A DNA stretch of 64,000 bases from an uncultured Candidatus Saccharibacteria bacterium (lineage in GTDB: Bacteria; Patescibacteriota; Minisyncoccia; Minisyncoccales; Staskawiczbacteraceae): positions 5,746-69,745 of the forward strand of contig CAYRHW010000005.1 of assembly GCA_964424305.1 (NCBI GenBank). The letters are read 5' to 3'. The stretch's first letter is position 1. The number at the start of each line of letters is the position of its first letter. Of the stretch, positions 18,556 through 26,256 are shown one piece after another. The notes beneath the pieces were generated by a model. The model worked only from the letters and a program-made list of their open reading frames with translations, was not told where the DNA came from and ran no database searches. The position numbers were made by a program, and so were the translations under genes.

Positions 18556-18774
18556 TTATTTAACGACCAAAGCTTCCTCAAGACGATTGATTCTTTTCTC
18601 AAGAGATTCTATCTGTTGGGAGTGTTGTTTTAATAAAATATTTTCTATTCTATCGAGGCGATCGTTGACTCTATTAAAGCTTTTATCAACCTGATCAAAT
18701 CGTTGGTCAACTCCGCTAAAACCTTTTTGGACCATCACTGCCAGGTTATCAATTGTAATGTTTTTATTCTTCAT
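18556..18774 (-). CDS. small coiled-coil protein (72 aa), unknown function
   Basis: Track ORF with heptad-like repeats (RFDQVDKSFNRVNDRLDRIENILLKQ...LEKRINRLEEAL). Confidence 0.5.
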   Translation of the reverse strand: MKNKNITIDNLAVMVQKGFSGVDQRFDQVDKSFNRVNDRLDRIENILLKQHSQQIESLEKRINRLEEALVVK

Positions 18775-18832
18775 GTTTTAATTATATTCTAATGGAAAAC
18801 AGTGTCAACATATCATCTATAATACGCTGGTC

Positions 18833-19915
18833 TTATACAAATCTCTCTACTCTTGCCCCTATTAATCTAATTAATTGCCCTCTGGGATTGTTTCTCTTAT
18901 CAAGAAATGGCAAAAGCAATTTTAAACCTTCTAATTTAAGCCTCTTCTCCGCATTCAGCCCAATCCCCTCTTTAAAACTCTTTGAGCTAGTCTTTGTTTC
19001 AAAATTGGAGAATCTAACAACAATCGTTATTGTTTTAAACTTATTGAAACCAGAATCCTTAAATCTTTTAAAAACATCCACTAATATTTTCTCGAATTCT
19101 TCTGTAATGTATAAAAGGTTGGAAGAGTTTTCATTAAAGGTTACTTGTTCTCCGATGGATTTTACTTCCCTATTTTCCACAATGGGTTCCTCATCAATCC
19201 CTCGAGCCCTATGGTAGATCTCTCCTCCATATTTCCCCAACATCTCTATTAATTCATCTCTAGAGAACTTTTTTAAATCATTAATAACCTCTACTTTCCT
19301 GCCATAGAAGATTTCTGCAGTTTTTGGCCCTATGCCGGGAATCTTTCTTATCGGAAGTGATTCCAAAAACTTCTCGCTATCTTTCGGCTCAACTACAAAT
19401 AGGCCGTTGGGTTTTTTAAACCCAGCAGCAATTTTAGAAATCAGCTTATTCTCCCCTATTCCAATGGAACAGGTAACTTTTTCTTTTTTAAGAATCTCCT
19501 CTTTTATCTTTTTACAGATATCTTCTGCTTTTTTAAATGTTTTAGCAGAACTAAGATCGAAATAGAATTCGTCTATACTTGCTTGCTCGACACTAGTAGA
19601 ATATTTTTTAATTATTTCAAAAACATTCTGCGAAACCCTCTCGTACATTTCAAAATTCGGAGTCAAAAAGACAACCTCTGGTTTGCCTTGTTTTTTTGCT
19701 TCTTGGGAAAGACGCCAAGCGGTTGATATGGGAAGAGCAGAATGAATGCCGTATTCTCTTGCTAAATAATTCGCCGTAGAAACCACTCCTCGTCCCCTGC
19801 CTTCGTCCGGGTCTGCTCCAACGGCAATGGGTTTCCCTTTAAAGCTAGGGGTGGCCACTTCTTCCAACGAAGCAAAGAATGCATCCATATCTAAGTGAGC
19901 AATAATCCTTTTCAT
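18833..19915 (-). CDS. dinB: DNA polymerase IV (Y-family)
   Basis: Begins MKRIIAHLDMDAFFASLEE and continues SIDEFYFDL, SIGIGENKLISKIA and IRKIPGIGPKT. The start is trimmed to MKRII. Confidence 0.9.
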   Translation of the reverse strand: MKRIIAHLDMDAFFASLEEVATPSFKGKPIAVGADPDEGRGRGVVSTANYLAREYGIHSALPISTAWRLSQEAKKQGKPEVVFLTPNFEMYERVSQNVFEIIKKYSTSVEQASIDEFYFDLSSAKTFKKAEDICKKIKEEILKKEKVTCSIGIGENKLISKIAAGFKKPNGLFVVEPKDSEKFLESLPIRKIPGIGPKTAEIFYGRKVEVINDLKKFSRDELIEMLGKYGGEIYHRARGIDEEPIVENREVKSIGEQVTFNENSSNLLYITEEFEKILVDVFKRFKDSGFNKFKTITIVVRFSNFETKTSSKSFKEGIGLNAEKRLKLEGLKLLLPFLDKRNNPRGQLIRLIGARVERFV

Positions 19916-19985
19916 ATATATACATTCTACTATTAAACAAACAATTAAAAACACCCATCTCTGGGTGTTTTTAACTTTTAACCAA

Positions 19986-20183
19986 TTAGATACGAGTTAC
20001 GTTAACTGCGTTTGGTCCTTTTGGAGAATCTCCCTTTTCGAAAGAAACTCTATCGCCTTCTTTTAACTCAGTAAAGGTTACTCCCTTTAGTTCGTTACCG
20101 TGAAAGAAAAGATCTTTCTCTTCTCCATCGATGGTAATAAAACCAAATCCTTTGTCTGTGAGTTTTTTTATTACTCCTTCCAT
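19986..20183 (-). CDS. cold-shock protein (CspA family)
   Basis: 65 aa with the RNP motifs KGFGFI and LFFH. Confidence 0.9.
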   Translation of the reverse strand: MEGVIKKLTDKGFGFITIDGEEKDLFFHGNELKGVTFTELKEGDRVSFEKGDSPKGPNAVNVTRI

Positions 20184-20295
20184 TTGAATTTAATAGATAT
20201 GATTAATTAGATAGTTCGCTTAATGAATTCGACTAGCTTTAATTAGGCAACTAACTATCGATAATGATAACACACAAACTAGCAATAATCAATAG

Positions 20296-21669
20296 CTATT
20301 CCTGCAACCCCAAACTTCCCTGACTATTTAACACATTTCTTGTTGAAGGACCAACGTTACCAGTTTGCATTAATCCGTTTGCTGCCTGGTATCTTCTTAC
20401 GGCTGCTGCTGTAACATATCCATAATGTCCGGCAATAGCTCCGCCATAATATCCTTGATCTGTTAAGAGTTGCTGGAGCGCTATTACCTCAGCGCCAGAA
20501 GATCCGACTGTAAGAAAACTAGTAAATGTATATACGGGATAAACAGGATTACTTCCTACTGTTGCGGAAACAGCCCCACAGTTATTATTTAAATCACAAA
20601 TTACAAGTACCGCCACCCCATTTTTTATCCCATAGATTGTGAGCGTATTGCCCCCTATGCTCGGCTGAACAGTAGTTAAATCTGAATTATATGCAACACG
20701 GTAAGTGTTGGTGTATCCTCCATAATAGCTTCCGCCCAAAATGGAGATGGTCATACTCTGGCCGATGGATATAGTTGGATTATCCTGGCTAAAAGTTAGA
20801 AGTGAAGTATTTGTATAATATTGGTTGTTATTTGTTACAGAGATATATACAACGGCGCACTGTCCCCCGGCCTGACAGACAGAAACGTTCGCGCTACCAT
20901 AACTGTTGGCATAAATTATTAGGTTATTCCCACTGATGGAAACCGTGGCAATACTTTGCCCGGTATAGTTGGAAAAATAGTATCCTCCATTACCAGTGAT
21001 GGAAACAGTCGTGCTCTGTCCTTGGACTAAAGAAACACTAGTCTGACTTAGGGTTATAACCCCACCGCTATACCCCACAGTTGCCGTGATAGAAGCACAA
21101 ACAGTGCTTGAAGAGCAAACAGCGATAACAGCTGACCCATTACTTGAAACGCCGTAAAGCGACAAGGAACTACCTGCTATTGTAGCTTGAACAATGTTTG
21201 AGTTTGAATTAGAAGAGATATAGTAATTGGTGCCTGAGCCTCCGTAGATATAGACAGTTGTACTCTGCCCGACAGATATTGTTGGATTTGTCTGGCTAAA
21301 AGTAATCGCTGTCCCCTGATTTATAGATGGCCAAACTACAGTTGGTGATGATACATTATTAACGACAGCGTATACCAAAGTGTTAGAAGTAATTCCGTAC
21401 GTAGCCGAACTAATGGTAGTAGTTAAATATCCATTAGAATTAGTTGTACCGACATAGCTACCCTGTGGTATAGAGCCAGAAACAACAGAATAAAGGGCTA
21501 CACTAGAATTTGCAACCGCAGTTACTACAATCTGAACACTATCCCCTGTGCCAATACTTGTAGCTGATAATGTAACTGATGGTAGGGGCATAATTGCATA
21601 GGCCACGGAAGTAAATCCTACCACGAATAATGAGGCCACAACTAACGATATTTTTGTATATGTATTCAT
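20296..21669 (-). CDS. secreted protein with repeated Ig-like modules and a C-terminal peptidoglycan-binding domain
   Basis: The true start is MNTYTKISLVVASLFVVGFTSVAYA (signal peptide). At least three ~90-aa repeats follow (ITFSQTNPTISVGQSTTV..., ITLSQTSVSLVQGQSTTV..., LTFSQDNPTISIGQSMTI...), each with a Cys pair. The C-terminus GAEVIALQQLLTDQGYYGG...AAAVRRYQAANGL is PG_binding_1-like. Confidence 0.7.
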   Translation of the reverse strand: MNTYTKISLVVASLFVVGFTSVAYAIMPLPSVTLSATSIGTGDSVQIVVTAVANSSVALYSVVSGSIPQGSYVGTTNSNGYLTTTISSATYGITSNTLVYAVVNNVSSPTVVWPSINQGTAITFSQTNPTISVGQSTTVYIYGGSGTNYYISSNSNSNIVQATIAGSSLSLYGVSSNGSAVIAVCSSSTVCASITATVGYSGGVITLSQTSVSLVQGQSTTVSITGNGGYYFSNYTGQSIATVSISGNNLIIYANSYGSANVSVCQAGGQCAVVYISVTNNNQYYTNTSLLTFSQDNPTISIGQSMTISILGGSYYGGYTNTYRVAYNSDLTTVQPSIGGNTLTIYGIKNGVAVLVICDLNNNCGAVSATVGSNPVYPVYTFTSFLTVGSSGAEVIALQQLLTDQGYYGGAIAGHYGYVTAAAVRRYQAANGLMQTGNVGPSTRNVLNSQGSLGLQE

Positions 21670-21751
21670 AAGAATATTTAATAAATTAATTAGTATTAAC
21701 CTCGTACGCCTCAACATTAACATATCGCGAGAATGTTTCAAGGACTGATGT

Positions 21752-21800
21752 AAATAAAATCCCCGAGCGAGATTCCCATATTGGGTTTCTACGCTCGGGG
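21752..21800 (-). terminator. rho-independent terminator after the SPFH gene
   Basis: A 9-bp perfect stem CCCCGAGCG/CGCTCGGGG is followed on the minus strand by ATTTTATTT. Confidence 0.6.
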
Positions 21801-21842
21801 TATGTTGGACACTTACAGAACTTCCTGGCCGATGTCGCCGGT

Positions 21843-22787
21843 TCAGTCCTTGATCTGCTCGACCGGGGCGTTGGCCTTCTTCATCTCCGGATGCGGGCCG
21901 TCGGGCTTGAGCATCTGAGAAAGGTTGGTGTTTCCAACCATCTGCTTGACCTGGTCCGCGCTCGTAGAGTACGGGTACAGAATGAAGCAGTTGTTCGGAC
22001 CCATGGCCGCCTGACCCATCACGCGGATCTGGTGCCACATCAGGTACTCGGGAGCGCCGGCGAGCTGCTTCTTGATGATGTCGATGGACTCAGCCACCGC
22101 CTCGGCCTTCTTCAGCTCGACGAGCTTGTCGGCCGTCGCAATCTTGAGCTGGCCCTCACTACGCTTCAGGTCAGCCCGAACTTGAGCTTCCGCCGCCGCT
22201 TCCAGGAGCTGGATCTTCACCAACGATTCCTGGGCCTCGGTTATGCTCTTCGGCCAGTCGTAGTTGGTAATCTGTACATCCTCGATGGTCAGGGGCGTTT
22301 GTTTGGCCTCTTCCATCAAACGCTTGGCCACCTCGGTGGCGATCTTCGGGCTGTTAGCCACGGCCGTTTGTACGTCGGGCTGAACCTCAAAAAGCTGCCG
22401 GGGAATGGCCAGGACCTTCATCTGTAAAAACGTCGTGTAAAGTTGCTCGGCCGAGATGTCGTGCCCCTTGGCCGTGACCGTCTCGAACGCCTTGCGCAAC
22501 TGCTCGTCGTCTTCCGACGACTTGACCCTCACGGTGATGTCAACCCGCAGGTTGACCTTGCCTCCGACCAGGATGTCCAATTTCTCCTTGAAGGTTTGGC
22601 TGGTCGTCTCCAGGGTGTACATGTTGTCGTGGCCATAACAGGTGTGCCGGCCGGGCTTGAGGATGTCCTTCTCCCACCCGTTGGTGGTGCTGATCCGCCC
22701 GCGCTTGCCCTGGGGAACCGTCTCGCTGCATCCGACAGCGAAGGCCAACATCGAAACCGCCATTAGAATGCTCAGTGTTTTCTTCAC
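21843..22787 (-). CDS. SPFH/band-7 domain lipoprotein (GC-rich island)
   Basis: GTG start at 22787 with AGGAGA 6-7 nt upstream. The lipoprotein signal is VKKTLSILMAVSMLAFAVGC. The SPFH core is followed by TIEDVQITNYDWPKSITEAQES and an Ala/Glu-rich coiled coil (LLEAAAEAQVRADLKRSEG). Confidence 0.7.
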   Translation of the reverse strand: MKKTLSILMAVSMLAFAVGCSETVPQGKRGRISTTNGWEKDILKPGRHTCYGHDNMYTLETTSQTFKEKLDILVGGKVNLRVDITVRVKSSEDDEQLRKAFETVTAKGHDISAEQLYTTFLQMKVLAIPRQLFEVQPDVQTAVANSPKIATEVAKRLMEEAKQTPLTIEDVQITNYDWPKSITEAQESLVKIQLLEAAAEAQVRADLKRSEGQLKIATADKLVELKKAEAVAESIDIIKKQLAGAPEYLMWHQIRVMGQAAMGPNNCFILYPYSTSADQVKQMVGNTNLSQMLKPDGPHPEMKKANAPVEQIKD

Positions 22788-22862
22788 GTTTCTTCTCCTA
22801 TTCTCGTTTTCTGCGATCCGCCTAGCACAATGCTTACGGATTTTCACTTCTGGGTTGCTGCG

Positions 22863-23339
22863 TTACTTTTTCTCGACCGGTTGCGTCGCCGCAGAGTTAC
22901 GCTGACGAATCCTCTCGGCCTCGGCCTCCATGGCCTGGTCGAAATTCGTCAGCGCTTTCTCGTGTGGCTTGACTTCGGCGCGCTCCTTCAATTCGGCGCG
23001 CGCCTTGTCCATCTCGTCCTTAGTCGGCAGCTTTGTTTGCTGCAGGCGTTTCTGCTCGGCGTTTTGCGCCGGGTTTTCGTAGGTCGAGACGTTTGTTGTT
23101 GCGTCCTGCATGGCGTTCCACGCGAGGACTCCGCCGACGGCGAACAAGCCGACGACCACGATGGTCGCGATGATGGGGCCGATCGGAGACGGCGTCAGAA
23201 CCGTGTTCTTGCCCGCCGCCTCCACCTTGGTGCCGTATGCCAGCCACATCTTGGTGAGGCCCCACGCCACCAACACTGCCACCACCAACAGCACGATCCA
23301 GTACAGATTGCTCCAGATTAATGTTCCTGCTCCGATCAT
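22863..23339 (-). CDS. 2-TM membrane protein with charged coiled-coil tail, first gene of the SPFH operon
   Basis: Start at ATG 23339 (MIGAGTLIWSNLYWIVLLVVAVLVAWG) with an AGGAAAGGA RBS. The second TM is PIIATIVVVGLFAVGGVLAW. The tail is KDEMDKARAELKERAEVKPHEKAL. Confidence 0.6.
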   Translation of the reverse strand: MIGAGTLIWSNLYWIVLLVVAVLVAWGLTKMWLAYGTKVEAAGKNTVLTPSPIGPIIATIVVVGLFAVGGVLAWNAMQDATTNVSTYENPAQNAEQKRLQQTKLPTKDEMDKARAELKERAEVKPHEKALTNFDQAMEAEAERIRQRNSAATQPVEKK

Positions 23340-23475
23340 GATGCGTTCCTTTCCTAAAAAAGTCCACTGGTTTATGCAAACAGATTCCGTTCTGAAAACG
23401 TTTGTTCTATAAATGTCTCCTAAATGGAAATGTACTATTAATGACGACACACATCGCCATTAACCTATCGTCGTG

Positions 23476-23505
23476 ATTATAGCACACAATTCAAACTATT
23501 GTCAA
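23476..23505 (-). promoter_or_regulatory. sigma70-type promoter of the 2TM-SPFH operon
   Basis: Minus strand reads TTGACA (23500-23505), an 18-nt spacer, then TGCTATAAT (-10 at 23476-23481). Confidence 0.55.
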
Positions 23506-23540
23506 TATCGCGACGGCAACAATCTACCTCTTATGATATA

Positions 23541-23572
23541 TATGAAAAGTTCCCATACCGGAGTATGGGAAC
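23541..23572 (-). terminator. rho-independent terminator of Cys-rich mini-gene A
   Basis: A 10-bp perfect stem GTTCCCATAC-TCCG-GTATGGGAAC is followed by TTTTC on the minus strand. Confidence 0.75.
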
Positions 23573-23596
23573 ATGTTGTGTTTTGCAGCAAAGTTG

Positions 23597-23809
23597 TCAG
23601 GCCACGGTCTGGCCCTCTGGTGTTATAAACCAGAATCCGACATCCGGTCGGCGCGTGCTTTTGCAGGGACCGAGATGCCCCTTTGGAAGGTTGCAGACAA
23701 CCGGGTGGCTTGGATGTAATGAGACACAAAGTGGCTCACTGCAAACACCACACCGACAGTCTCTGGGTACGGCGGGGACAGCGACCGATATTCCGCACAA
23801 ATGACTCAC
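23597..23809 (-). CDS. Cys/His-rich mini-protein A (70 aa), unknown family
   Basis: GTG start with AAGGAG 6 nt upstream, plus its own promoter and terminator. It shares the core C-x-C-G-V...L-C-x-S-L-x-P-x2-P-V-x-C-N-x2-K-G-H-x-G-x-C-x2-T-x2-P-x2-G-x-W with the ORF at 23976-24182. Confidence 0.6.
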   Translation of the reverse strand: MSHLCGISVAVPAVPRDCRCGVCSEPLCVSLHPSHPVVCNLPKGHLGPCKSTRRPDVGFWFITPEGQTVA

Positions 23810-23871
23810 TCTTCGCTCCTTCGAACTAAAGGTACTATGATATCAGGTCGACTCCCGACCCGAACGTTAAC

Positions 23872-23899
23872 ATTATATCAAATATAAAGACGGTGTCAA
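23872..23899 (-). promoter_or_regulatory. sigma70-type promoter of mini-gene A
   Basis: Minus strand reads TTGACA (23894-23899), a 16-nt spacer, then TATAAT (23872-23877). Confidence 0.55.
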
Positions 23900-23910
23900 T
23901 GATAGGCTGT

Positions 23911-23946
23911 GGAAAAGAGAAGGTCCAGTACATGCAGTACTGGACC
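23911..23946 (-). terminator. rho-independent terminator of Cys-rich mini-gene B
   Basis: A 10-bp perfect stem GGTCCAGTAC/GTACTGGACC with a 5-nt loop is followed by TTCTCTTTTC on the minus strand. Confidence 0.75.
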
Positions 23947-23975
23947 ATTTGTTCGTTACTTCCCCGAAAGGAAGT

Positions 23976-24182
23976 CTAGGTCAGGATCGGATCGCCGGCC
24001 TTCTTTTGCCAGATCCCTAGCTCGGGGTGCAAAGTGTTCCGGCACCGTCCCTTGTGACCCTTCTTTCGGTTGCAGGCAACCGGCCTCATCGGCTGCAAGC
24101 TGCCACACAGCTCTACCCCACACTTGCACTTCGTGCTCGTGAGGTTCTCCAGCATGTGTTTGTGGCCACTCTTTTCCTTCAT
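23976..24182 (-). CDS. Cys/His-rich mini-protein B (68 aa), paralog of A
   Basis: ATG start with a GAAGGAG RBS. The core is CKCGVELCGSLQPMRPVACNRKKGHKGRCRNTLHPELGIW. Confidence 0.6.
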   Translation of the reverse strand: MKEKSGHKHMLENLTSTKCKCGVELCGSLQPMRPVACNRKKGHKGRCRNTLHPELGIWQKKAGDPILT

Positions 24183-24245
24183 CTTCTTACTCCTTCTGAT
24201 TCCAGATTGCCTAAAACCTAAACCAAAATCTAACTGAATGATATA

Positions 24246-24273
24246 ATTATAGCATATATATCTAAGTTGTCAA
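24246..24273 (-). promoter_or_regulatory. sigma70-type promoter of mini-gene B
   Basis: Minus strand reads TTGACA (24268-24273), a 16-nt spacer, then TGCTATAAT (-10 at 24246-24251). Confidence 0.55.
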
Positions 24274-24344
24274 ACCAAGATGCTTTATTTAAAAAAAGAG
24301 AGCTCAGCACATATAGCGCCAAGCCCTTTCTCTTTGAATTAATC

Positions 24345-24626
24345 CTACGGAATATTGCTTTGGATTACTTCCCTTAGGAGTTTTCTCCATCGGCCGACAT
24401 GGATGAAAGAACGAATAGCAAGTGCTATCAATATAACTTCCATCAGAATGAATGGCCAACTGCTCTTCAAATCAACCAGGCCACCACCCAAGAGAATAAT
24501 ATGAAAGATTGCCGTCATAATCGTACATCCAACAAACGCAATGGCGACTTTTAGTGTGTCAGTAATGTAGGCCCCTAACCAAGCACTAATCGCCCTCTTG
24601 TTAAGGAGCATTGTGAGTAAAAACAT
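24345..24626 (-). CDS. small membrane protein (about 90 aa), start uncertain (24626 or 24611)
   Basis: Two or three hydrophobic helices (VAIAFVGCTIMTAIFHIILLGGG, WPFILMEVILIALAIRSFI). It overlaps the purC-purE stop. A hairpin plus T7 lies downstream at ~24290-24340. Confidence 0.45.
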   Translation of the reverse strand: MFLLTMLLNKRAISAWLGAYITDTLKVAIAFVGCTIMTAIFHIILLGGGLVDLKSSWPFILMEVILIALAIRSFIHVGRWRKLLREVIQSNIP

Positions 24627-26070
24627 CTCTCTTAACCGGCTTTGAAGTTCGAGGCTTGACCGGTGGCAACTCGCCACTTTCAATGCGCTCAAGCAACTCA
24701 GCCAACCCTGCCGGACCAGTGTAGGCCTGGCCAGTCATTTCGTTAAAGATTACGGGCTGACCCGGAATCCGCAAAATGGAAAGCTGAGCGGCCAACAAGT
24801 CAATATCATCCGCCTCGCCCAGGGCGACACCAGCCACTCGGATGTTTCGGTCGAAATACCGAGCCCAAGCATCAATGATCCCTGGTAAAGCAAGGGCCTT
24901 GCCACCAACTCCAATCACCACGTCGTATTCGAGTAATTCCTCGGTCTCAGTGAGACGCATTACGTCCCAGGGATTCCGATGACAACTCATGACATGGACA
25001 TTGACGCTTTCGTCACTGAAATTCCCGGCCATCCTGACTTTGGGCAGATCGGTCTCACTGCCACAAACAATCAAGACTTTCTTGGCCGGTCTTTCCAGAA
25101 CAGCAACGTGCATTACGCTGCTCAAGTATTGTTCAATGGTTCTCCCAGTCAACCGCCAGAAAATGTAACGATAGGTCTGCGTTGTCTGATCAATGAGGTC
25201 CTGGGGAATAACCATGGCGTGAGCCTTGGCGACATCATCGGGACTTTCGGGTTTAAGTTTGTTGATTCCCTGGCCAATGCCCCAATTTCTGACAAGTTGT
25301 TTGTCTTTTGGCGAGGGAGATTTCCTGCCAGTAGCGGGTGTCCGGCTTTCCAGCCACTCACTACGGTCCAGAAAACGACAGGAGTCGGGCGTGCCGACCT
25401 CATCGCAAACCGTACCATCTTCAGCAAGTTCGAATTTCCCATCTCCCAATATGATGCCATTCTTTATGGCGATGTCAGAAATGATCTGGAAAATCTGCGA
25501 GAGTAAAATTGTGTGCTGAGGATACTTTTTCCTGACTTCGTCAGCCGACATATGTTCATCATGGCCCTCTTCGGCCTTGGTTGTCGGCGTATCAAGAATG
25601 AACGGAAGTTTATCGCCATCCTGCAACCCCGGCATAAGCCGATGGCCACAGATCTGCCCGGTTTCATCATAGGCGGTCTTCCCAGAACCCAACAGAAGAT
25701 AACGGCCGATAAACTCGATCGGCGCCATTTTCTTTTTGCGAACAACCATTGCCCGCGACTGCAAGTCAATATTGCCACGTAAATTCTCTGGCAAATACTT
25801 ATCAATGTCCGCTCCAGCGGCAACGAAGTGAGTTTTGATCCCAAATTCCGAAAGGATGTTAAGCCAGAAATGATTTATTGCGTTCAAAACAATCCCCTTC
25901 AAAGGGACCAGGGCATTAAGAACGAAATCAAAGATACTGATTCCATCCGTTGCCACTACCAATAGGTTGCCATCGGGCAACTCGTAGGTGTCGCGGACTT
26001 TACCGCGAAATAGCAATGTTAATCCTGGTAGCAGTGCTACCCCGGCTCTTGCCGGTGAAAGTGTGGCCAT
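24601..26070 (-). CDS. bifunctional SAICAR synthetase / AIR carboxylase-type protein (PurC-PurE fusion)
   Basis: The N-terminal ~310 aa are PurC-like (LLFRGKVRDTYELPDGNLLVVATDGISIFDFVL). The C-terminal ~170 aa are PurE-like (KVLIVCGSETDLPKV, VHVMSCHRNP, VVIGVGGKALALPGII). Confidence 0.75.
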   Translation of the reverse strand: MATLSPARAGVALLPGLTLLFRGKVRDTYELPDGNLLVVATDGISIFDFVLNALVPLKGIVLNAINHFWLNILSEFGIKTHFVAAGADIDKYLPENLRGNIDLQSRAMVVRKKKMAPIEFIGRYLLLGSGKTAYDETGQICGHRLMPGLQDGDKLPFILDTPTTKAEEGHDEHMSADEVRKKYPQHTILLSQIFQIISDIAIKNGIILGDGKFELAEDGTVCDEVGTPDSCRFLDRSEWLESRTPATGRKSPSPKDKQLVRNWGIGQGINKLKPESPDDVAKAHAMVIPQDLIDQTTQTYRYIFWRLTGRTIEQYLSSVMHVAVLERPAKKVLIVCGSETDLPKVRMAGNFSDESVNVHVMSCHRNPWDVMRLTETEELLEYDVVIGVGGKALALPGIIDAWARYFDRNIRVAGVALGEADDIDLLAAQLSILRIPGQPVIFNEMTGQAYTGPAGLAELLERIESGELPPVKPRTSKPVKRDVFTHNAP

Positions 26071-26256
26071 AAAGGCTCCTTTCCTGATTCCTCTTAGGAA
26101 TCTTCTAATCGTTCTTTAAAAGATCGGTCATTATACTGCAAGTAAACTTTAATAAAATAACGGGGGGATGTCAACGTTAGGTGAATATATTTTCCAAGAA
26201 AAAAGCCCTCTGTCGGAACAAAAGGGCCTCATACTCTTATCTTTAGAACAGCGGGG

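Noticed and set aside
21670-22038. N-terminal 123 codons of the 580-aa track ORF 20296-22038
   Set aside because: This is read-through into the GC-rich island, overlapping the SPFH gene end and its terminator. The real protein starts with the signal peptide MNTYTKISL at 21669.
21891-23412. Long plus-strand and alternative-frame ORFs over the SPFH operon (21891-22427, 22443-22766, 22830-23321, 23020-23379, 23110-23412 and others)
   Set aside because: These are typical stop-poor shadow frames of GC-rich coding DNA. They give low-complexity Arg/Gly/His-rich translations, have no RBS, and are antisense to genes with clear domains.
23499-23804. Track ORFs 23499-23804 (+) and 23502-23729 (-)
   Set aside because: They overlap the Cys-rich mini-gene A and its terminator. 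Only the 23597-23809 frame has an RBS and a conserved paralog.
21700-24340. Integron-like gene cassette array (several single-gene units in a row)
   Set aside because: Each unit carries its own promoter and terminator. There is no attC-like imperfect inverted repeat and no intI gene, so the organisation does not match an integron.
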